From a bacterium (GTDB lineage Bacteria > Fidelibacterota > Marinisomatia > Marinisomatales > UBA1611): 22,102 nucleotides of DNA. Positions 16,883-22,102 of this stretch are shown here, one piece after another. The notes beneath the pieces are model-generated. The model was given only the letters and a program-made list of their open reading frames with translations. It made no database searches and was not told where the DNA came from. The position numbers were made by a program, and so were the translations under genes. The DNA lies in the NCBI GenBank assembly GCA_038127595.1, contig JAYPIC010000007.1, positions 1 through 22,102 of the forward strand, read 5' to 3'. Numbering within the stretch: position 1 is the first letter of the stretch; each line of letters starts with the position of its first letter.

Positions 16883-17593
16883 TTATTTTTCTTGTGCGTC
16901 CCAATATACCTCCTGCCACAATTTAGTTGTCTCAGGAAATACATTTAACATAATCTTTTTTAAAACGCGAGCATATTCTTGAATTTCAATCTGAGCCGTT
17001 GCCTCATCTCTTAACTCAATGAAATTCATAATAGACTGAAAAGAAGCAGTCCACCAGACTTGAGTATAAACAGTCAAGGGCAAAATGCTCCTGGCTTGCT
17101 CTTTGGCCATGCCCATTTCAATCATTTTCTCATACGATTCTATTGATTTTTGTTGAGCGTCACTCCAAATTTTTTCAGCACTTTCTTGATCTTCAACCAA
17201 CCCTTCACTAGCCTGTTTATTATCACTTGATTGAGCTCGAAAATTTTCAGGAATGTAAAAATCAGAATATTCTACATACCTACCACTTATCTCATTCCAA
17301 GCATGGTCTTTGGTTGGGTGATCAGAGGTAGTTTCAATACCGACAACATGCTTATACCACTGCCTCATTACAAACTCAGGCGCTTTAATTATCATCATAA
17401 CATGTTGGTGCCTAAATGGTGAAAAATGCTTGTGTTTAATAAGAAATTTAGAAAGCCTTCTATCTTTATCAGTAAATTCTTTTGATCGTCCGCCGAATGA
17501 AACTCTCGCTGCATTAACAGGAGTTAAGTCATCACCTAAGACGTCAACAACTTCAATATAACCTTTGTCCAATACTTTTTCAATATTACTCAT
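16883..17593 (-). CDS. thyX: FAD-dependent thymidylate synthase
   Basis: VNAARVSF, FLIKHKHFSPF, APEFVMRQW, WNEISGRY, AKEQARSILP, NFIELR...AQIEIQEYA. Confidence 0.93.
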   Translation of the reverse strand: MSNIEKVLDKGYIEVVDVLGDDLTPVNAARVSFGGRSKEFTDKDRRLSKFLIKHKHFSPFRHQHVMMIIKAPEFVMRQWYKHVVGIETTSDHPTKDHAWNEISGRYVEYSDFYIPENFRAQSSDNKQASEGLVEDQESAEKIWSDAQQKSIESYEKMIEMGMAKEQARSILPLTVYTQVWWTASFQSIMNFIELRDEATAQIEIQEYARVLKKIMLNVFPETTKLWQEVYWDAQEK

Positions 17594-17611
17594 TACTTAC
17601 CCTATCGTAAT

Positions 17612-18415
17612 TTATTCTTTATTTAATTCTTTAAATGTTTTTTCAACTGACAAATTATAACCAGCAATTATTCCTGGTTCAATCAAAGTTTTCTTTTTAT
17701 TGAACTCAAGCTCATTGCCGTTTAAGTCAATTGAAATACCTCCTGCTTCATTGATTAAACAAACCCCTGCACATACATCCCACTCATTTTTTGGGCGTAG
17801 TGTAGCGAAAACATCTGCTTTACCAACTGCTGTGAGTCCCATTTTATATGCTACACTGCCAATAGGCTCAAGCTTTTTAAAACTGTTCTTGAAAGGATCC
17901 CAAAGTCCTCTACGAGTTTCAGACCTGCTATTTAATATTGTCATATTTCTTAAACTGTTTTTCTTTGTTACTGTCAACTCTTCATCATTTAAAAATGTGC
18001 CATAACCACTACCTCCATAAAAAGTTTCATTTGTAGCTGGATTATGCAAAACGCCAACAATAGGTTTCCCATTTTGAACTAGCCCAACGCTTACAACAAA
18101 TTGAGAAACACCTTCAATAAATTCCTTTGTACCATCTAATGGATCTACGATCCAAACTCTTTCTTTGCTAAGTCTGCTTGTCGAATCTATTGTTTCTTCA
18201 GAAAGCCAACCATAATCTGGCCTAGCATCCAATAATGTATTTTTTAAAAAACTATCTGCTTCTTTATCAGCAGTTGTAACAGGGTTATGATAACCTTTTT
18301 CATTGATTTCATAATCGTGCTTATAATATTTCATGATTATATCGCCAGCTTTCTTTGAAGCTTTCAAAGCGATTTCAAGGTCATCCTCAATTTTTAAATT
18401 AATGTTAGATACCAT
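17612..18415 (-). CDS. cysQ: Inositol monophosphatase family protein / 3'(2'),5'-bisphosphate nucleotidase (CysQ-like)
   Basis: PVTTAD, WLSEE, WIVDPLDGTKEF, EWDVCAG...EAGG. GTKEF and SRS favour CysQ over SuhB. Confidence 0.8.
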   Translation of the reverse strand: MVSNINLKIEDDLEIALKASKKAGDIIMKYYKHDYEINEKGYHNPVTTADKEADSFLKNTLLDARPDYGWLSEETIDSTSRLSKERVWIVDPLDGTKEFIEGVSQFVVSVGLVQNGKPIVGVLHNPATNETFYGGSGYGTFLNDEELTVTKKNSLRNMTILNSRSETRRGLWDPFKNSFKKLEPIGSVAYKMGLTAVGKADVFATLRPKNEWDVCAGVCLINEAGGISIDLNGNELEFNKKKTLIEPGIIAGYNLSVEKTFKELNKE

Positions 18416-19108
18416 TTAGAAAATATTAGTCATATCAAGAGGATCATCAATTATCTGGCCATTTTTTTCTTTAACGTTATATACTTTAGAGTCTTTGAAA
18501 AATGATATGTTTTTAAAAGGATTATTATCAATGAAATGCATCGCTGCACCATCTTCTATTGCGTAAGTGGATTTTATTTTACCGTCTTTAATGAATTTAT
18601 GAACACTTGGCTTCCTATCTTTCTCAGAATCATAATGAGGGCAGCAAGTACCAGGGATTAGTCCCAAACAATCAATGACATTTAAATTACTTGCCCATGA
18701 GTCAGTAATACCTTGATCAAACCAGCAAATTGCACCCGCACTAACTCCTGCTAAAACGGTACCTTTGTTGTAAGCTTTGAGTAGATATTTATCGAGCTTC
18801 CACTCTCTCCAAACAGCTAACATACTTTTTGTATTACCTCCACCAATATAAATGATATCTGCTTTGTTTATAAGACTATCTAATCTTGGAGTTCGCTGAA
18901 AAAAATTTAAATGATTAGTTGTACAATCTAATCCATTAAAACATGAATAAAAATTAACTGTGTAAGATTTATCTTCTGCACTAGCAGTAGGGATGAAAAG
19001 TACATTTGGCCGATCAATATTTGATTGCTCAATAATATACTTCTCAATTACCCTTTGACTCGGGTTTCGCCCAAATCCGCCTCCACCAATAGCTATAATT
19101 TGCTTCAT
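18416..19108 (-). CDS. pepE: Peptidase S51 family (dipeptidase E-like)
   Basis: FIPTAS, IYIGGGNT, nucleophile motif GVSAGA, CPHY. Confidence 0.85.
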   Translation of the reverse strand: MKQIIAIGGGGFGRNPSQRVIEKYIIEQSNIDRPNVLFIPTASAEDKSYTVNFYSCFNGLDCTTNHLNFFQRTPRLDSLINKADIIYIGGGNTKSMLAVWREWKLDKYLLKAYNKGTVLAGVSAGAICWFDQGITDSWASNLNVIDCLGLIPGTCCPHYDSEKDRKPSVHKFIKDGKIKSTYAIEDGAAMHFIDNNPFKNISFFKDSKVYNVKEKNGQIIDDPLDMTNIF

Positions 19109-19325
19109 TTTACATTTATTCTTCTTAAAAAGTTGTCAGAAATTAATTCTAAAATAATTTCTTTATACCCGTTATAATTATTTTTTTATTTGTCTTGAAT
19201 CCCACCTTTAATTTCGTGTATTTTTAAACAGAGTGGGAGTTTAGTAGGAAAATAAATTTCATATTTTTTCTGACGATATTGACAACTTTTTTATCATCCC
19301 TAAAAAATTATTGGGACAAAATTTC

Positions 19326-19439
19326 TTACCTTTCTATTCTCCTCACTGTAAATGAAATATAACCTTTTTGGCCAGGTTCAACTACGCTATCAGTGCGTGG
19401 TATTCTGCGTTCAAAAAATGAAAGATTAGGTGGCTTATA
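19326..19439 (+). promoter_or_regulatory. Candidate structured 5' leader of the Rne/Rng gene
   Basis: Hairpins AACCT/AGGTT (19361-19378) and ACTACGC/GCGTGGT (19381-19401). TTACCT (19326-19331) is complementary, with G:U pairs, to the SD AGGTGG (19428-19433). Confidence 0.45.
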
Positions 19440-20978
19440 ATGAAGAAAGAGATTTTCATTAATGAGAGTATGGGAGAAACAAGAATTGCTATCCAAGAAG
19501 ATGGGCAGATCGTTGAAGTATACATTGAACGTCAAGACAAGCAAAGGATGGTGGGCAATATATACAAAGGAAAAGTTGAAAATGTATTACCTGGTATGCA
19601 AGCTGCATTTGTGGATATCGGCTATGAACTAAATGCATTTTTACCTTTTTCTGAAATAGCAAACCCTGATTATATAATTGAAGACGACGCAGATGGAAAT
19701 CAAAAAAAGAAAAGTAAGCCAGATAACATTGAGGTTGACCTTCAAACAAATCAAGAAATTTATGTGCAAGTTATCAAAGAACCATTTGCTGGTAAGGGGC
19801 CTAGAGTAACAACAGAAGTTGCAATCCCAGGAAGATTATTGGTTTTAGTCCCTTATGAAAACTACATCGGAATTTCAAAAAAAATATGGGACAAATTCGA
19901 AAGAAGAAGGCTCAAAAAAATTGCTAAAGGACTCAGACAGAAAGATACAGGTATAATTATCAGAACAGTTGCTGAGGGAAAGAGTGAAGAACATATCGTA
20001 AATGATTTTAATTCGTTATTAAATAGCTGGAACAAAGTTAGTAAAGTAGCAGAAAATGAAGAAGCTCCTGCACTAGTATATGAAGATCTTGAAACAGCTT
20101 CGAGCGTAGTTAGAGATCTATTAACTCCGGATGTGGAAAAAATTATTATTGATTCCAAGCGGCTTTATAAGAAAACACAAAAGTATCTTGAAGAGGTGTC
20201 TCCAAGCCTAGCAGAAAGATTAGAGCTGTATAAACTAAAACTTCCACTATTTGAAAGCTTTGGAATTGATTCTGAAATTGAAAAATTAATGAGGCCTAAA
20301 GCCTGGTTAAAAAGTGGTGCTTATTTAATTATTGAAAAAACTGAAGCAATGGTTGTGATTGATGTTAATAGCGGTAAATTTGTTGGCAAAAAACTTCATG
20401 AAGAGAATTCACTCAAAATAAATCTTGAAGCTGCAAGAGAAGTAGCAAGACAATTACGATTAAGAGATTTATCAGGATTGGTTGTGATAGACTTTATTGA
20501 TATGCGGCTTGAAGAAAATCGGAAAAAAATATATCATGAACTTCGAAAAGAGCTAAGAAAAGATAGAGCGAAAGTAGCAGTCTCTCCAATTACAGAATTT
20601 GGTCTTCTTGAAATGACCCGACAAAGGATCCGAGTGAGCCTTTTGGATTCAATGAGTGAAGAGTGCCCAACTTGCTACGGGTCAGGAAGAATCATTTCTA
20701 AAGAAACATTGATTACTAGAATCGAGCATTGGCTCAGAAGGTATAAAAGCAAACACAGGGATTTAAGGATAATACTTCAACTTCATGAGGAAAATGCAGA
20801 TTATATAAAAAATGATAAAAAAAATATATTAAGAGGTCTTATGTGGAAAAATTTTGTTCATATTAAAATTGAAACAAACAAAGATGTAGGCAGAGATGAG
20901 TTCAGATTTATAAAATCAAAAACGGGAAAAGACATTACAAATGAGATGGCACTTGATAAGGACAAATCAATGGCTTAA
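19440..20978 (+). CDS. rng: Rne/Rng family ribonuclease (RNase G-sized, no long scaffold tail)
   Basis: S1 domain VGNIYKGKVENVLPGMQAAFVDIG, VQVIKEP...KGPRVT, catalytic IDVNSG and IDFIDM, GLLEMTRQR, Zn-link CPTCYGSG. Confidence 0.95.
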   Translation: MKKEIFINESMGETRIAIQEDGQIVEVYIERQDKQRMVGNIYKGKVENVLPGMQAAFVDIGYELNAFLPFSEIANPDYIIEDDADGNQKKKSKPDNIEVDLQTNQEIYVQVIKEPFAGKGPRVTTEVAIPGRLLVLVPYENYIGISKKIWDKFERRRLKKIAKGLRQKDTGIIIRTVAEGKSEEHIVNDFNSLLNSWNKVSKVAENEEAPALVYEDLETASSVVRDLLTPDVEKIIIDSKRLYKKTQKYLEEVSPSLAERLELYKLKLPLFESFGIDSEIEKLMRPKAWLKSGAYLIIEKTEAMVVIDVNSGKFVGKKLHEENSLKINLEAAREVARQLRLRDLSGLVVIDFIDMRLEENRKKIYHELRKELRKDRAKVAVSPITEFGLLEMTRQRIRVSLLDSMSEECPTCYGSGRIISKETLITRIEHWLRRYKSKHRDLRIILQLHEENADYIKNDKKNILRGLMWKNFVHIKIETNKDVGRDEFRFIKSKTGKDITNEMALDKDKSMA

Positions 20979-20981
20979 ATT
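20953..20981 (+). promoter_or_regulatory. Putative sigma70 promoter of rplU-rpmA embedded in the 3' end of the ribonuclease gene
   Basis: TTGATA (20953-20958), 17 nt, TAAATT (20976-20981), followed by GC-rich CGCCAGC. Confidence 0.55.
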
Positions 20982-20998
20982 CGCCAGCTTTTAAAGTT

Positions 20999-21379
20999 AT
21001 GTACGCAATAGTAAATATATCAGGTAAACAGTTCAAGGCCGAGAAAGGTTCTAAACTTTGTGTGCCCAAACAAGCACTTGAAGAGGGTAAAAAACTCATC
21101 ATTGATGATGTTTTATTAGTTCATGATGGCAAGTCAACGCAGTTTGGTAGCCCCAAAGTAGCTGGTGCAAAAGTCACTGCAACTATTTTAGATCATGGCA
21201 GAGAAAGAAAAATATTAGTTTATAAGAAAAAGAGAAGAAAAGGATATGCCCGTAAAAATGGTCACAGGCAATGGTACACTAATATAGAAGTTCAAAATAT
21301 TCAGGTCACGAAAGTAAAAGCTAAGCCTGCAGCGAAAGCAAATGCTGAAAAACCTAAAGAAGAAAAAAAAGATAAGTAA
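20999..21379 (+). CDS. rplU: 50S ribosomal protein L21
   Basis: [13 protein letters not shown]...[20 protein letters not shown], with a short Lys/Ala/Glu C-terminal extension. Confidence 0.98.
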   Translation: MYAIVNISGKQFKAEKGSKLCVPKQALEEGKKLIIDDVLLVHDGKSTQFGSPKVAGAKVTATILDHGRERKILVYKKKRRKGYARKNGHRQWYTNIEVQNIQVTKVKAKPAAKANAEKPKEEKKDK

Positions 21380-21384
21380 ATATT

Positions 21385-21633
21385 ATGGCACATAAAAAAG
21401 GACAGGGAAGTTCAAGAAATGGTAGAGACTCTAACGCGAAGCGTCTGGGTCTTAAAGTTGGAAATGGTCAATCTATTCTAGCGGGGTCAATCATCTTAAA
21501 ACAAAGAGGGACTAAAGTCCATCCAGGTAGTAATGTTAAAAGGGCAAATGATGATTCTCTTTTTGCATTAAAAGATGGTGTAGTTGAATTCAAACGCAAA
21601 GGCAGAGATAGAAATATTGTTAATGTAGTTTAA
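21385..21633 (+). CDS. rpmA: 50S ribosomal protein L27
   Basis: [22 protein letters not shown]...QRGTKVHPG...[10 protein letters not shown]. Confidence 0.98.
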   Translation: MAHKKGQGSSRNGRDSNAKRLGLKVGNGQSILAGSIILKQRGTKVHPGSNVKRANDDSLFALKDGVVEFKRKGRDRNIVNVV

Positions 21634-21657
21634 GTTTTATTTACTGCAGATTTATTT

Positions 21658-21687
21658 AAAGCCTTGCAACTGTGAGGCTTTTTTTTT
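21658..21687 (+). terminator. Rho-independent terminator after rpmA
   Basis: AAAGCCTTGC-aact-GTGAGGC followed by T9. Confidence 0.85.
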
Positions 21688-21712
21688 ACACAATAATATC
21701 CCTAGCTTCTAA

Positions 21713-22102
<390 letters not shown>

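Noticed and set aside
8902..18005. Antisense track ORFs 8902-9132, 10948-11193, 12237-12524, 14255-14500, 16166-16378, 17231-17422, 17700-18005
   Set aside because: Opposite-strand shadows of conserved enzymes with no independent coding evidence.
19326..20158. Minus-strand ORFs 19326-19544, 19489-19749, 19862-20158
   Set aside because: Antisense to the ribonuclease gene or its leader; no recognisable features.
21305..21379. C-terminal Lys/Ala/Glu extension of L21
   Set aside because: Low-complexity tails on L21 are common.

Overview
AT-rich bacterial chromosomal segment, densely coding, with no mobile element, CRISPR array, rRNA or tRNA that I can see. A YPNPFNP...FlgD-Ig-type C-terminal domain, a TonB-dependent receptor with a carboxypeptidase-regulatory-like N-terminus, a DUF3467 protein and thyX suggest an FCB-group marine bacterium, probably Ca. 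Marinimicrobia (inference). Left to right: 5' part of etfB (-); a highly acidic secreted 630-aa protein and a 1271-aa TonB-dependent receptor with large Asp-rich repeat insertions; a PAP2 phosphatase; three small minus-strand genes; a plus-strand run of methylmalonyl-CoA mutase large subunit, PAP2-like protein, birA and a ferritin-like protein; a long minus-strand run pepE - cysQ/IMPase - thyX - membrane hexapeptide-repeat acyltransferase - fused 2-oxoacid dehydrogenase E1 alpha/beta - FabD-fold acyltransferase - gcdH; then an Rne/Rng ribonuclease with a structured leader, rplU, rpmA and the 5' part of mdh. Best candidate for an undescribed system: the E1(alpha/beta) + non-malonyl FabD-fold acyltransferase + glutaryl-CoA dehydrogenase trio, with no E2/E3 or ACP nearby, possibly a non-canonical 2-oxoadipate to glutaryl-CoA route. 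Second: the acidic secreted protein plus the TonB receptor with likely Ca2+-binding repeat loops. All calls come from motif recognition only; no searches were run.
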